NCBI GenBank assembly: GCA_016748015.1
Contig: JAAOMT010000429.1
Span: 248,001 to 312,000, forward strand
Source: Geosiphon pyriformis uo1
Taxonomy: Eukaryota > Fungi > Glomeromycota
Length of the DNA stretch: 64,000 nucleotides
Reading direction: 5' to 3'
Under the pieces are notes generated by a model, which was given only the letters and a program-made list of their open reading frames with translations, was not told the DNA's origin and made no database searches. A program made the translations under genes and the position numbers. Positions 1 through 14,205 of the stretch are shown here, one piece after another (position 1 is the stretch's first letter; each line of letters opens with the position of its first letter).

Positions 1-370
1 CTTAAAGTTTTATGGTACTGGATAATTAGTACAAAATTTAAATTAGGCAAAACCAATAAAAAAAAAACAATTAAATGTGATTTTTCATTGTAAAAATAAG
101 AGAAAGTGTTAAAAACTTCATTATCATATTCTAAACATGAAATCTAAAAATATGTTACATTCAAAAGCTTAAAAAACTTTTTAACAGTAAAAATCAATAA
201 TTTTGTCTACAAAAACTTTTTCAAGGGACTTAATTCTTGTGCATTGATTTAAATATTTTGATTCAAGTATTGTTAATTATTAGCCAACCCCATAAATTGA
301 TTTGATTACAAATCGTTATTTTTAATAATTTAATGAATGTTGAAAAAAGTAAAATGAGATAAATAAAAGC

Positions 371-996
371 ATGCCATTGCTAGCTCATCAATCAAAAACT
401 GGATAAACTGGCAGCATAGTGTTCTCTTCGGTCAATTACAGACTTAATTCTAAAGTTTACACGGTGATAATGACTAAAAGACATACTGAAGATTTAAGAA
501 ACCTCATGCCTCAAGAATGTACGAATATTCTGGCCGTGCTGAAATACAATATTGAAAAGATTAATAATGTTTATCATCCTTGTAGGGATTTTTTAGAGAT
601 CCTATCGGAAAATTATCCGGAGCCAATGAACCGCTTCACTTTTATGTGCGAGTAGTGCTTAAGTATAAAGAAAAGTAGGGTAATGTAGAAGTTAAACGTA
701 AACCAGCAGAGCAAATGAGACAGATTTCAGAAGCCCTACAACCTCATCAAGATAAAGTGATTACAGAAAATTCAAGATAATGGCTAAATTGTAGAGTGAT
801 TTGTGGTTCATCCTCATTTCCCTAAAAATAAATTATCTAACAAATTAATGCTATGAATCCCAAAACTTGAGCTGAGCTGCGAGAAATGTTAAAAGAGTTA
901 ATGAAAAAGATGGAGATGAATGTTTGTTACGATCTCGTTTTTAAAATTATGCTAGGAGAGAGGTTAGAAAGAAAGAATATGACAAAAAAGAAGTAG
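371..996 (+). mobile_element. Possible degenerate Tc1/mariner transposase remnant
   Basis: Frameshifted HGDND*K-HT (~460-487) resembles the Tc1 QDNDPKHT motif. QINAMNPKT*AELREMLKE (841-897) resembles the Tc1 C-terminal 'NPKTxxELxxxxKE' segment. No TIRs found. Confidence 0.3.
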
Positions 997-1486
997 GAGT
1001 CCCTAATCATTCAGAATCTGAGATTACGGTGATTATGTATCTTAAATATGAAGGGAAAAGATGAGTGGATGCCGAACGAAGCTAGACTTACTCCAAGAGG
1101 TTATAAAAAATATGTACTTTATCTCACATTTAGAATTAACATTAAAAATTTTATAAAAATTCATTGAGTAGGCTGTTATCTTAAGATAAAATTTTTCAAA
1201 CGAAAATCTTTTTATCCTATTGCTTATACTATTGCTAAAAGAGCAAAGAGTATTATAAATTAACAAAATTGCCGTGAATTAGATTAATAAATTTTTATTT
1301 TTAATTAATAGTTTATAACTATAAATAAACAAAGATTAATAATTTAAATTTTTTTATTTGAAGACTAATATAATTAAAAAAAATTATTTTTGATAAGATT
1401 TTACTGAAAATTATTATTATAAATTGAATTTATAATATTTAATGAATTTATTTTTAATCATTATATCGTATATTTTTAAACAATTC

Positions 1487-1770
1487 AATTAGGTTAATTG
1501 GAACTTTTTCTTCAATATATGATTTGTTTAGTTTCTCTCAAAGATTTGTACCAATAAAAATGAACTATTTTTTCCTGGGAAATAAAATCTCAATAATGAA
1601 AATTCTTATTGATTCAAAAGGTCTAATCATCAAAAACCGCTTAATTTGGATACATGTAAGCTTTTATAAGAATATAAGCATGTCAAATGTATCATTGAGT
1701 TAACTTTTATTTTCAGGTGTTTCTCAATCACAAAATAATATTTATATTGTAAGATTTTTTGCAAAACCAT
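1487..1770 (+). repeat. Dispersed repeat, copy A (pairs with 33721-33990)
   Basis: Collinear shared blocks: AATTAGGTTAAT.GGAACTTTTT, TACCAATAAAAAT, AATCTCAATAATGAAA, AATATAAGCATGTCAAATGTATCATT.AGT.AACTTTTATTTT. Confidence 0.8.
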
Positions 1771-4700
1771 TTATCAAAATCTTAATAAAAAATTCAGAAA
1801 ACTAAACTCAAATGATCCAGAAATATTAAACTGTGTACATTATTTTTCAAATGGATTAGAATTTTTAACTTAAAAACTGAAGAAATTGATATTTCGATAA
1901 AATTATTTAAAGTTTACTTTAAATTTCACTAATATAAATATTATATCATAAAATATTGTTTTAATGAATAAATAAAATTTTATTATTTCTATATTTCAAA
2001 ATTATGATTTTTTTAATTTTGTATTATTATTAATATTAATATTCAAAGTAATATTTAAAAATTTTAATAGAATCACAACATTTATTAAAAATTAATGCAG
2101 CAATTTAGTTTGTAATTTTATAATTTATAATTTATATTTTGGTATTAATAAAAAAGGTCGCAAATTTTTTCAACGTAATTTTCAATTAAAGTGAACCATC
2201 TGGTTTGATTTTCCTGAATTGAATGATTTGGCATTTATTGAAATTTTTTTATTCATATATAAGGTAAAGGTTTTTGAGAGTTTCCTGTTAATGGAAATTT
2301 TTAGTAAAAAATAGTAAAGAAGAAATAAAAATTTATTATTTAAGATTGGGGAAAAATTTGAAATACTTTTTTGAACATTGAAAAAACCCGAGTTCACAAG
2401 TACCAAAAAATTATGACAAAATTAATTTTAAATTTAAGTCATTCAAAAACTTTTAATATTAATTTACCTTAATTTACAGCAAATGGAGATATTTTTAACT
2501 TATTATATACCGTATTTTTAGAAAATAATAAATTCTTTTTTTATATAAAATATAGATAATATTATTAAATTTTTTCGATTTTGGAATTGTACTAATTTTC
2601 AATTCATTGTTCTTAATTTTTAAATATTATGGTGATTCTTTAGAATTTTATTTAGAAACTTTAAATTTTCAGCTGAAATTATTTGTTTTACTACATTAAT
2701 CTGTGCATAACTAAATTAATATATTCTTGTTTTATTTGCGCAAATCTTATTAAAAAATTATAACAATTAATATGGCTTGTAAAAGTGTCGAGAAATTCGA
2801 TCGCTCTAAAAGTAGTATAAACACTTATTTAATAATCAACAAAAAACTGAAAACTCGATTTTTTTTGCATTTAACCCTTTCTTTCTCAAGAAAAAAATCT
2901 CAGAATTTATCAAATGAATATTTTTTCTAAATAATCAATGATTCAAAATTAAAGAATCAGATCCAATAAAAACACCATATTTCCGGATCAACAACAGAAG
3001 TAATATTTCTCTTCCAAAATTATTTAGAAATTCGAAAAAACGGATTCTAATTTTTTCATTTATAAAGCAAAGACTTGATATAAATACTATCCTTTTTTTT
3101 TTATAAGTCATGAATGTTTTATTCTTTATTACAATGAAAGATAAATAGTTTTTTGAATCTTAATTATTAGTGCCAAGAATATTTTAATACTTTTCATTAC
3201 ATATTATAGGTTACATTATTTTCAGAGAATGTGAATATGATAAAATGTTCCTTGATAATGATTTTGAGCTTTGATTTTTTTGTGTTAGAAATTAATTTCT
3301 TTTGATATGATCGATAAAAGCTCTGATCTTTTCTAGAGACACTTGAGTTGCCACAATCAAAAGAAAAAAACTTGGATAAAAGCTATTTTTTTCACTACAA
3401 TTTCAGAAAACTAGAATTCTAGGTGTAAAAAATTACGTTTAATCTCAAAAATGATTCAAAAATTTTAAAAGTAAAAATTCCTCTGACATCTATGTTGTCT
3501 TTGCAACATCATTTAAATTTTGAAGGAGAAATAGAAATATCTGACATATTTTGTTGAATGGAAAAATTACAAACTATGATATGATATGTGAACCAATCCA
3601 TAACATCGTCGCCTAAAAAGCGAACTTTGTGTCATGATTTAATGATACTAAGAAGACTTGGCAAAAAACTTTATTCTCAACCATCTTCTTCTTTTTTTTA
3701 ATAATAAAAGTTACTCGAGTTGATCCCAGTTTTATATAACCTTTTTGAAAATTCTCTTAAATCACTTTGTTTTTGCCCCAATTTAGTTAATTGGCTATCT
3801 TAAAAAAAAAAATTGTTTGTAAACTTGATTAAACCTGCTTAAAAAAATTTTATTCTAAAAAATTACTCAGTTCTAAACAAATGCAAACAAATACGGAGAT
3901 GTATAAAATAATCAACAAATTTTATTATTAATCTTTTAAAATTTGAAATTGCTGCTTCAAAAAAACATAATGGTTTTTTAAAAAATTGTTTGACATTTTT
4001 TTTTTTTTTTGAATTCGAAATTGAATTTTACAATCATCATAAATACCCAATAAAGAAAAAACAAAATCATTAATTATTAAAACACACATAAAAAAATTTG
4101 AGTTAAATTCTTGAAAAATATTTTTCAAGTACCCCATTTTCTTTTTCTAAAAAATTGTTTTTTAATTAATATGTATGCAAAAATAATTTGGTTCAATAAT
4201 TCTCAAATAAATTTATATTAAAGTTTCAAAATATTATTATTTACTCAATGAAACATATTTCCAAATTCAAATAATTTTTTTTATCCCATTATAACATATT
4301 CGAACTTTTTGAAAAATTCAAAAAATAAAAGCTTATCCAAAGTTTTCTCAGTTTTTGTATTACAAAGACAGCCCAATTATGATTTCCCAGTAAATGAAAT
4401 AAATACACTCTTATGCAAACTCTCTTCTCAAAAAAATTATTTTTCTTTAAAGGTTATGAAATACAAAAGGAAAATATGTTTAAATTTAATAAAAAAAGTA
4501 AAAATTTTTAATTCCACTGTTTGGCAGTTAATCAATGCTTAAGCTTTGAAATGCAATAAAAGAATTAAGCTATCACAAAAATTTTTTTAAATCCCAAATT
4601 CTAACATATATGACATAAGTAATTTAAGAGAAAACTCATACTTTTAATAAAATACTCACCTTTAAAATCAATCCAGACAAACCTGTAAGTTTCAAGAATT

Positions 4701-5085
4701 TCATTCTGCCCTTAACCTAATTTGTGAAAATCTTTTTTGAAAACAAGCTTTGAACTTCAAGCTACAATATTTTTGAATTTTATAACAGCTATATACATTA
4801 AATAACAAAAGATTTCACTTTGAGGGTACTGAGTTCCAAATTTTAGAGTACAAAAAAGTACAAGTATAATAAAATACAAGTTGATGATAAAAAAAAAGGC
4901 TACCTGAAAATTAGTTGCTATTATTTGAAATAAAATAGGGAAGCTTAGCAGCGATTTTGCCGTAAGCAAGTAATAAAAGATATGACGAGTAAAACTACTC
5001 CCGATAAGTAGAATATCTAAGTCAAGAAAAAGTGTTGGTTTTCCTGGCTTATAATTTGAACGGGATTTGTTTGATTTACGAAAGC

Positions 5086-6630
5086 TCAATAAGGCGAAAA
5101 AGCTTGAACAGGAGATTTACGTGGTAGTTGAACAGGAGTTTCCAGAGCAGGACTGATTGGACGGGGATAACCATTTTGTCTTTGAAATAATCCGCACTGT
5201 ATCATTTAAAAAACTTTGAAATTTTAATATTTGTAAAAATAGATTATTTTCTGTTAATAAATTATTCTTCAACAACCTTTCCACAAAGGGATATCCCGCT
5301 GGGACTTTTCCAACATGGTACATTACGTGCGCCACAATTGTGGCAGGTAATATCACTGTCGCGGCGTTGTCCTCGCATTAATCTAACGGTACCATCTGGT
5401 GCAATTTCTGTCGGTCTTTGGACGCCTTTATTCTTCAGACTATAGGTAGTGATTAATTCAAAAATGACAAAGTTTTGGTGAGAGGCTTGACCAAAGGTTG
5501 CGATTTAAAGTTAGGACCTCGAATTAAACATACTATAATCCACAGGCGTTGCATAATAACGCCACTCCCTGAAGATCTCGACGCCAAGCGGGAGTTTCAC
5601 GAACTCCACAATTGGAACATTGAGCGACTTCATCTTGCCTTAGGCCATTAATTGTTTGTGCTGTAGATAATCCAACTTGGATATGGTCTAACTCACTCTT
5701 ACGACCACGTTTCTTCTTTGATCGGTTTGAAATAGTCAGTGAGGTTTGATCATCAAACCGTAAAAATTGCGAATATGAAGTCTGGTTAGCTGCTTGACTA
5801 GATTGTTCGTATCTGCATGGGATTGAATTTGAATTGAATGTGATTGTAAGACCATTGTCAAGCAGAGCATTTGCATAATATTGGGATTCTAAAGACCGAA
5901 GCATTGTCCCATCATGATCATAGTAATTGGTAGACGGCTCGAGCACTGCGCCCCAATAATTAGTATTTTCATTGTTGCTCTCATGATTATTTTGATTAAC
6001 AATATCGTTCGAATTCATCATCGAAGGAGTACCAGATGATTGGTCATCCGATCCAAGTGAAGGATTGAAACCGAAAGTAGTCATCGAATCTATGACACCA
6101 GCATCGGCGATGATTGAGGAGACTGGAATGTTAGTCTCATCGTAATTTCCTCCGTAGTTATCTTCTCGATTGAAATATGTTTCGTTCTGGTTAACATAGG
6201 AAGTGTGTTCTTCATTTTTGGCTGAAGAAGTCTCGGTAAAGTTAGAATTATGGATCTCGAAATAGTTGGATTCGTCAGTATCTGAATTCCAATTATCAAT
6301 ATCACATGAATTGTTGTTTTCTGATCTAATAAAGCTCCGATCATAAGTATGTAAATCGGTCGACTGAGGGGAATCATTTCTAGTACAGTAAAGATTTTGA
6401 CGGGTATTGCCATCATCATCTGATACCGGGAAGAAAGATTCATTGTTGTAGGAGTGAACACCAGATGCCATATTATGATTTTCCAGTTTGGTATTAAAGT
6501 AATGATGGTCTGAAGAATCGGATTGAGACCAAGGCTCGTAAATATTTTGTGGAGAATTAATGGATAGATCAACATCAAATGCGTCAATTCCCGAACCGTT
6601 ATAATAGTCCAATGTTGTTTCGTGTGACAT
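5086..6630 (-). CDS. GATA-type zinc finger transcription factor with two fingers, 456 aa; complement(join(5086..5196,5277..5439,5534..6630))
   Basis: Finger 1 is CSNCGVRETPAWRRDLQGVALLCNAC (X18). A GTATGT..TAG intron continues the frame into YLKNKGVQRPTEIAPDGTVRL. Finger 2 is CHNCGARNVPCWKSPSGISLCGK|CGLFQRQNGYPRP. Exons sum to 1371 nt in frame and match the paralog at 43050-44666. The second donor (GTTGTT) is weak. Confidence 0.9.
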
Positions 6631-8984
6631 CTTTGAATTACAAATTATGTGAAGACAGGAAAAAACAATTTACTACTTTTAAAGCTCAATAAACTTACCA
6701 AGACTAGCAGACAAAAATCGATAAAGTCTAAGATAGGTTGGAAAGTACTTGATACGCTATTGCCTCAAAGGCAAGAATAGCGGGAAATGTTGTTGAATTT
6801 TTTCTTTAATATTTAATAGTTGAATAAGTTTTTCTAAGTTAAAATTTGAGGATAAAAATTTATTGAAAAAACCTGAGAATAATACTTGAATAGGCGACAA
6901 GGACCTTTTTTATGGCTCCTTTTCACAAACTTTTAATTTTGTACAAACTAAGAAAGTGCCAGTAAGTGAGCGCTTAAGACTAATGATTTTTTACAAAAAA
7001 TTTGTTATCATTAAATATGTTTTGCATTGAAAAAAGAACCTGGAGCAATCACCTCGTCAATCAAATTAACCGTACACATCGTGTATTTCAATTTGCTGTC
7101 GCTGAGTAATCGGTTTAAATTGATTGGTCAGCCAAGATTGATGCATTTTAACCAATATCAATGTACCCGGGATAGAGTTGCGTAAATTTTGGTTTTTTTT
7201 GAAAAGCTTGTGAAGTCAAAAGTCTGGTGATACAATTTATTTGCATTTTTTTTTCAATCGGTCATTGATTTTTATTATGATTTATCATAATTTTTTGTCT
7301 TACGATCATAATAATAAGTTATTACGATGATGACTGAAAGAAATATTTTCTTGAAATTTTATGAGTATTTTATTGAAGAAGTAAATGGGAAGGGTAAAAT
7401 ACACTATTCAATTTTCAAAAATTATGGATAATGGAAAATCAAGAAAAAGAGATCTGATTATTTTGAGGTCCTCTTAAAGTTCACATGTCCAATTTGAGAC
7501 AATTTTTTTTAAATTACGTTTAAAAAGTTTAAATAAAGAAAACTCAAAAGTTCAATTATATAATTTTTGACTTTTCTCAAAAAAATAATGAATCAAAAAG
7601 TTTTACATTTTATTTAATTTATGGCTAAAGAAAATATAGGTCATTTAAAGCTCTAGTGATTTACATTTTAATGAAAGGACACCAAAAGAAAGAACAGGAA
7701 ATTTGTTAAAAAAAATTTTTTTTTTGCTTTTAAAAAATTAGATTAGAATAACTTGATGTGATCCAAGTAATAAAAATAAAAGAATTATAAATTTTTATCA
7801 GCTCAATGACCAACTTTGTTGGCTTTAAATATAAGCAAATTGATTGACACAATGAATTTATGTGCACCTAAATAAAATTGTTATCCCATTTCGAAAGATC
7901 TCATAATTATTATTATTATTATTATTATTATATGATAACCCATTTATTGATCAAAAGTGTCTCAAGTGAGAAAAGAAATTGGTCCTTTTGGTTTTGGCGT
8001 TGCAGTATTTTGAATTCTGTTCAATTTTAGATTTACTGGCGGTGTTCGAAAATCATATGTGAGATAATCATTATAGCTGAATGCTCAAATCCAAATTTGG
8101 CTAGAACAGGGCAAAAAACTGATGAAATTATGCAGGATCCAAATAAAACTGCATGTCGATTATGACAATTTTTTTGTTTGATGGCAGGAAAATCGCTATT
8201 TATTTGGTCGTTAAATATAGAAATCTCACAGTACACAAAAAATAACATAATGATAACAAAATTACCAAAAATACAATTTTTTATGCCCTAAATTTTATTT
8301 AGAGTTATCTTGTCATCTTTCAGATGAAATTTACATTCTGTTATATTATTAGTTAAGTAGAGCAAAATGGAAATTCATTATCATTTTGAAAAGAAAAGAA
8401 AAAGAACCATATTTTCTTAACATAACTTGTTTTGGATTTTTATCGTAATTACCATAGATTGGATTCAGAAAAATTGGGAAAATTTTTTTTTTAGAGGTAT
8501 AGCGAACTACCCTTTATTTTGATCACAATCTCCAAAGACATTAAATAAAGCCCAAAGTGAAAATCTTGCCAAAAACATCATTATGGTAAATAAGAATTGA
8601 TGATTTGCTTTTTCAGTATTATTTTTTTTTTTAAAAAATTAAACAAAGTAAGGGTCTTTTGAAAGTTAAATGTAAAACAAACGGAAAAATGAAATTCATC
8701 TTCTCTGCCGCTCCCATCAAAGAATATATTTAATTTTTGAGCTCTACTATATATAAGTTAAAGCTAAAATTAAAGATTCTATTGGCAAAAATAACGCATA
8801 TAACAAATGAGTTTTTCATTGTAAAGTATGGTTATTTTTTCAATTGAAACAGTATTTGGAATAATTTTTAGAGGAAAGAATTTAATTTAATTTAATTTAA
8901 TTTTCTTAAGCATATATTATTTGATGAATGCAAAATGTGGTTAAAAAAACAAAACAAAATAAGAGTTTTTTATTATGAAAAACA

Positions 8985-9031
8985 TTTATTATTATTATTA
9001 TTATTGTTGTTGTTGTTGTTGTTGTTGTTGT
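8985..9031. repeat. Compound (TTA)n(TTG)n microsatellite
   Basis: Directly visible trinucleotide run. Confidence 0.9.
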
Positions 9032-12000
9032 AGTTAATTTTGATTTTTTTCAATTATTTTTATAATTATAAATTTAAACCATTATTTAATTGAAATATTT
9101 TAAAATTTGGAAAATAAATTAAAATTTTTAATGATAATGAAAATATTTTTATTAATAATAATAATAATAATTTAAATTGATAAAAAAAATTTAATTTTAA
9201 TCATTAATAATATTATAAGACAAAAAATAATTTATTTTAAATTTAGAATTTAATATTTAAATAATATTTCTATTAAACAATTTTTACATAATAATAATAA
9301 TAATTTAAATTTTCAATCAAAAGTTTTTATTAAATATAACTATCAATAATAATCAATATTAAAATAATAATATTATAAAAGAATTTTATTAAACTCTTTG
9401 AAAAAAATTTTGTAATTTTAATAAATAAATTTGTTTTTAAATATCTAAAATCATTTTTGATATAATAATAAAATTATTTTCCCAAAAAAACTTACAAATT
9501 GTGGATTTTTTTCCAAGTCTTTTATTTTTTAAGGTAGACTGACCATATTATAAATCTAAAAAGATATACATAATAGTATATTAAAATTTTTTTTTTAGAA
9601 ATACAAACTTTTGTTTTTTTGTTAAATTTTTAAATTCTTATCTTCAAATTTGTGTGTTTTATCTGTTTGCTTTGGAATAAAAAATTAAAAATTCTTTATC
9701 CAGCATACATTTTAATCCGTCAACAGGAAATATAAAACTTATTAATTATTTAAAAGGTAATTTGGTAATATTAGGGGTATTTATAAGTTAAAATTCGAAA
9801 GAGACTCATAGAACAGGGTTGCGAAAAAAATACCTATCTCATCTGTACAATTATTATTGATACGGATTATTACGTTTTCTTACGTGGTAAAACTTTATAA
9901 TTTTTTTTTATCTACATTATAATTTTATTCTCGTTCATATTTTCTTATAATTAAAAAAAAAACCTCGTCATTGTTATGCTACTTAATGTTCCTGATGACA
10001 TAATTGAACAATTCGATTTAAAATAATGTTTACAGGTACAAAGTTTTATATATATATAATAATTGATTATCTAAGCCCCTCTTATAAATTTTGTTTTATT
10101 TTTTGGATTGTCATTTTTTCAAATTTTATTTTTCAAAAAATCCCTTTCACGTTTAGATATTTGACCTCTATTTGTAGCATGATTGTAAAAATCAAGTATT
10201 AATTAATTATCATGTTAAAGCAAAGATTTTTTAAATTGAGATGAGATTTATCTAATTCTCTTATGAGTAGTGGAATACCAAATTAATGGATTAGTCATCA
10301 ATAAAAAGGGGACATCAAAGACACTTGAATCTAATAACTAAGAGACCAACACAGAGTTTAGGTCTTTTAGAAATTAATAAATCTCTTAATTAGGATCAAT
10401 TCCATGGTAAGCATGTAGGACATTACATTTGAAAAATCAAATATGACAGATTTAGTTTTACAAATTTTTTAGAGATAAAGTTTTTGGCAGTAATTGTTGC
10501 CATGATTTTTAACTGAGTAGAATTAGTTTTTTTTTTTTTTGATAAAAAAACTTTGCATTAATTAATATCAATTGAGATAAACAGAGAATTTAAACTCAAC
10601 CATTTCTAATAAAAGATTCATTCAATATGAATGTAATAAGTTACTGATCGGTGGTATTTTCTAGATCAAATGGAGTTTGATAGAGCGCATTTTGTATCTT
10701 GGTGTTATATTTTCATGTCCCATTACGCGAGTTTAAACGCTGAATAAATGTCGCGTTTTTAAATAAAAAAAATTGTTTTACTATTTTAATATGTTGCTTA
10801 AAAGTATGAATATTACTAGATATAATAGATCTCCAAATGTTAATTGGAGAAAATAGAATTTCCAGAAGAATCATTTGATCCTTGCTCAAATGAATTAAAT
10901 CTCATAATTTTTAGCCTTAAGCAGAGAAATTTTTATTTTGGATATGCTTAAATCTTGAGAAGCATCTTTTCATGATGTAAGTTATCCTTGGTTAAAAATG
11001 TACGATATCAAAGATTTTCTTTGGAAAGAATGTGTGTGTGCAAAATATTTTTAATTTAAAAAAGAATTAGAATTATGATCAATATTATAAAGTTTGTAAA
11101 CTTAAAAAATTTAAAAATCTTTTTTAAAGAAATTCCATATGACTTTATTCCGAGAATTTTATAATTTTTAAAAATTGCTCATGAGAACAATCACGAGTTG
11201 AAAATTTCTGACCAATTTTTATTTTAAGATTTACTTAAAAATTTTTGGATTAAATATATAATAAAATTAAGTTTGATTGTTATACAAATTTTTTTAAGTA
11301 AATATCGATTTTAAATTTTTTTTAAAAAAAAGAGTTAACAATCTTTTCTATATAATATTTTCTTAAAAAAAAAAAAATTATACTCGGTCTTTTAATCTAA
11401 TTATAAAAATTCAAGAAACTTAAATTAATTTAAATTATATTAAATATTTAAATTCCCTTTGTCATTTAAATAAATTTTTTTTTTGATTTAAAAAAAACAC
11501 CCCCCCCCCCCCACCAATGTTTTCTAGTACTCTTTCGATTAAAATTCATAAAAATTAAGCCTATTATCATATGATAAGATATTAGACTAAATTATTAATA
11601 TATAAATTGAAAATTGCAACGTTTCGTTTTAATAAAAGTATTTATAAATTCAATCTTGCTTCCAAAGTATTATTACTCGGGGAATTTTTTTTGCATTATG
11701 ATTTAGAAATAAAAATATAGAAATTGAAAAATTTGATGCTCCATTTTTTAGATATCACCCAATTTAGCTAATTCAAAATACGGAATAATATCCGAAAATA
11801 ATAACGTCAGATCATTTTGAAATCAACAAATAATTTGGAAATAGATCTTTTGGTATCCTTATTAAAAGCATACAATCCGATTTTCATTTGGGCTCATTAA
11901 ATAAGAGCGAGAATCATGACATCAATATATTTTTAGAAGATTATCAGTAAATTTACAAAATTCAATATAATTTATCTACCCCAGATTTTGTTTTAAAAGC

Positions 12001-12037
12001 AACAACATTAAACTCCCTTTGGTCTCATTAAATCGCA

Positions 12038-13175
12038 ATGAATATTTTAAAACACAATCAAGGTTCATCTTTAGCATGCTTTGTTCCTTTAGATAAGCTG
12101 AAAATACTTCAGATATTGTCGATATATTTTTTCCTGATGATTTTCCTGTCGAAACCATTTTTCAAATCAAGCCCTGAAGATGAGCTTAAAATCTCTTTGA
12201 ACGACTCTTCAACAGATATTAACAATTTTTTTGAATTACTCAATAGACGAACTTTGGATTCTAAACCAAAATTAACAGAAATAGAAATTCGGGATATAGA
12301 ATTAATAAATTTTCTAAAAAGAATGGCAATCTATGCTAGAGAGGCCCGTTGTATCGCTGTAGAAAACAAGAAATCGATGAAAGAGTTTGCAGGTAAATAT
12401 CAAATTCTTTTTAATTTTTAAAACTTTTTTTCAAAATTTTATGACTAATTGGTAGTATTTTTGCTTTCTATATTTTGGAAGCTGATTTCAAAGTAATAAA
12501 GCTCTTTCCAGACTTCCATCAAATTGTTGTATATACAGCTGGCGTTGATTCAACCGTAAAGGGTTTCAGATGGGATCGTCCAAATACCCTCATCCCATAT
12601 TTGAAGTTGAATATTGGAAAGGTTAATGATTTCTGGTTGAATGTTTATCTTAAGCATGAGGAAAGATTGATTAGTTCGGTTGAGAATAAAATTAATAATT
12701 TGAGGGGCAAGTTTCAAGTTATTTTTACAGGACATGATGTTGGCGGAGGTAATTTCTCTTTTTCGAATATAGTCATATAACCCAAATTAACAAAAAAAAA
12801 AAGATGATAAATTTTGGTCATACTTTAGTATATGCAATGTTTGCTGCTCTAGCATTCAAAAGGAAATATCCTTCAGCAATGACAAATGTCGTGACTTTTG
12901 GATCACCACGTCCAGGAGATCAAGTTTTTGCTCGAAATATCAATTCCATATTTCCAGATCTGTATCGTGTAGTAAACATGAAGGCTTGGACACCGCAACG
13001 TCCTATACCTGAATATGATTATCGACATCCTCACACAGAATATTTGATAACTGATGAAAATTATGAATGTGATTGCCTAAACTCTTTTGGTTCCAAACTC
13101 TATAAATGTCTTCCTGTTACACACCATATCAAAAGATTCTCAAATGATGAAATCGATATCATAGATGAAAACCCG
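12038..13175 (+). CDS. Lipase class 3-like alpha/beta hydrolase, catalytically degenerate (GHDVGG); 3' end lost in the assembly gap
   Basis: N-terminal hydrophobic segment. VIFTGHDVGG|VYAMFAAL spans intron 12749-12828. Also VVTFGSPRPGD, YRVVN, YRHPHTEY, CDC and DENP followed by a GT donor at 13176. The first junction is ambiguous: donor 12385 with exon restart at 12456 keeps the frame. Confidence 0.8.
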
Positions 13176-13199
13176 GTATTTTGAAAAAGAAATTTAGAA

Positions 13200-13272
<73 letters not shown>

Positions 13273-14172
13273 NNNNNNNNNNNNNNNNNNNNNNNNNNNN
13301 NNNNNNNNNNNNNNNNNNNNNNNNNNNNNNNNNNNNNNNNNNNNNNNNNNNNNNNNNNNNNNNNNNNNNNNNNNNNNNNNNNNNNNNNNNNNNNNNNNNN
13401 NNNNNNNNNNNNNNNNNNNNNNNNNNNNNNNNNNNNNNNNNNNNNNNNNNNNNNNNNNNNNNNNNNNNNNNNNNNNNNNNNNNNNNNNNNNNNNNNNNNN
13501 NNNNNNNNNNNNNNNNNNNNNNNNNNNNNNNNNNNNNNNNNNNNNNNNNNNNNNNNNNNNNNNNNNNNNNNNNNNNNNNNNNNNNNNNNNNNNNNNNNNN
13601 NNNNNNNNNNNNNNNNNNNNNNNNNNNNNNNNNNNNNNNNNNNNNNNNNNNNNNNNNNNNNNNNNNNNNNNNNNNNNNNNNNNNNNNNNNNNNNNNNNNN
13701 NNNNNNNNNNNNNNNNNNNNNNNNNNNNNNNNNNNNNNNNNNNNNNNNNNNNNNNNNNNNNNNNNNNNNNNNNNNNNNNNNNNNNNNNNNNNNNNNNNNN
13801 NNNNNNNNNNNNNNNNNNNNNNNNNNNNNNNNNNNNNNNNNNNNNNNNNNNNNNNNNNNNNNNNNNNNNNNNNNNNNNNNNNNNNNNNNNNNNNNNNNNN
13901 NNNNNNNNNNNNNNNNNNNNNNNNNNNNNNNNNNNNNNNNNNNNNNNNNNNNNNNNNNNNNNNNNNNNNNNNNNNNNNNNNNNNNNNNNNNNNNNNNNNN
14001 NNNNNNNNNNNNNNNNNNNNNNNNNNNNNNNNNNNNNNNNNNNNNNNNNNNNNNNNNNNNNNNNNNNNNNNNNNNNNNNNNNNNNNNNNNNNNNNNNNNN
14101 NNNNNNNNNNNNNNNNNNNNNNNNNNNNNNNNNNNNNNNNNNNNNNNNNNNNNNNNNNNNNNNNNNNNNNNN
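13273..14172. other. Assembly gap (900 N) flanked by poly-T and poly-A
   Basis: Run of N, with about 71 T before and about 31 A after. Confidence 0.99.

Positions 14173-14205
<33 letters not shown>

Noticed and set aside
2772-3300. Possible decayed gene downstream of repeat copy A
   Set aside because: Only a 52-aa ORF and isolated splice-like signals; no diagnostic motif.
5117-5356. 79-aa minus-strand ORF
   Set aside because: Out-of-frame reading across the real GATA exons 2-3.
6090-6587. 165-aa alternative-frame ORF inside GATA exon 1
   Set aside because: Shadow frame of low-complexity coding sequence with no motifs.
13202-14203. Poly-T and poly-A flanks as retroposon tails or an inverted repeat
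   Set aside because: They sit exactly at contig ends, so their length and pairing are unreliable.
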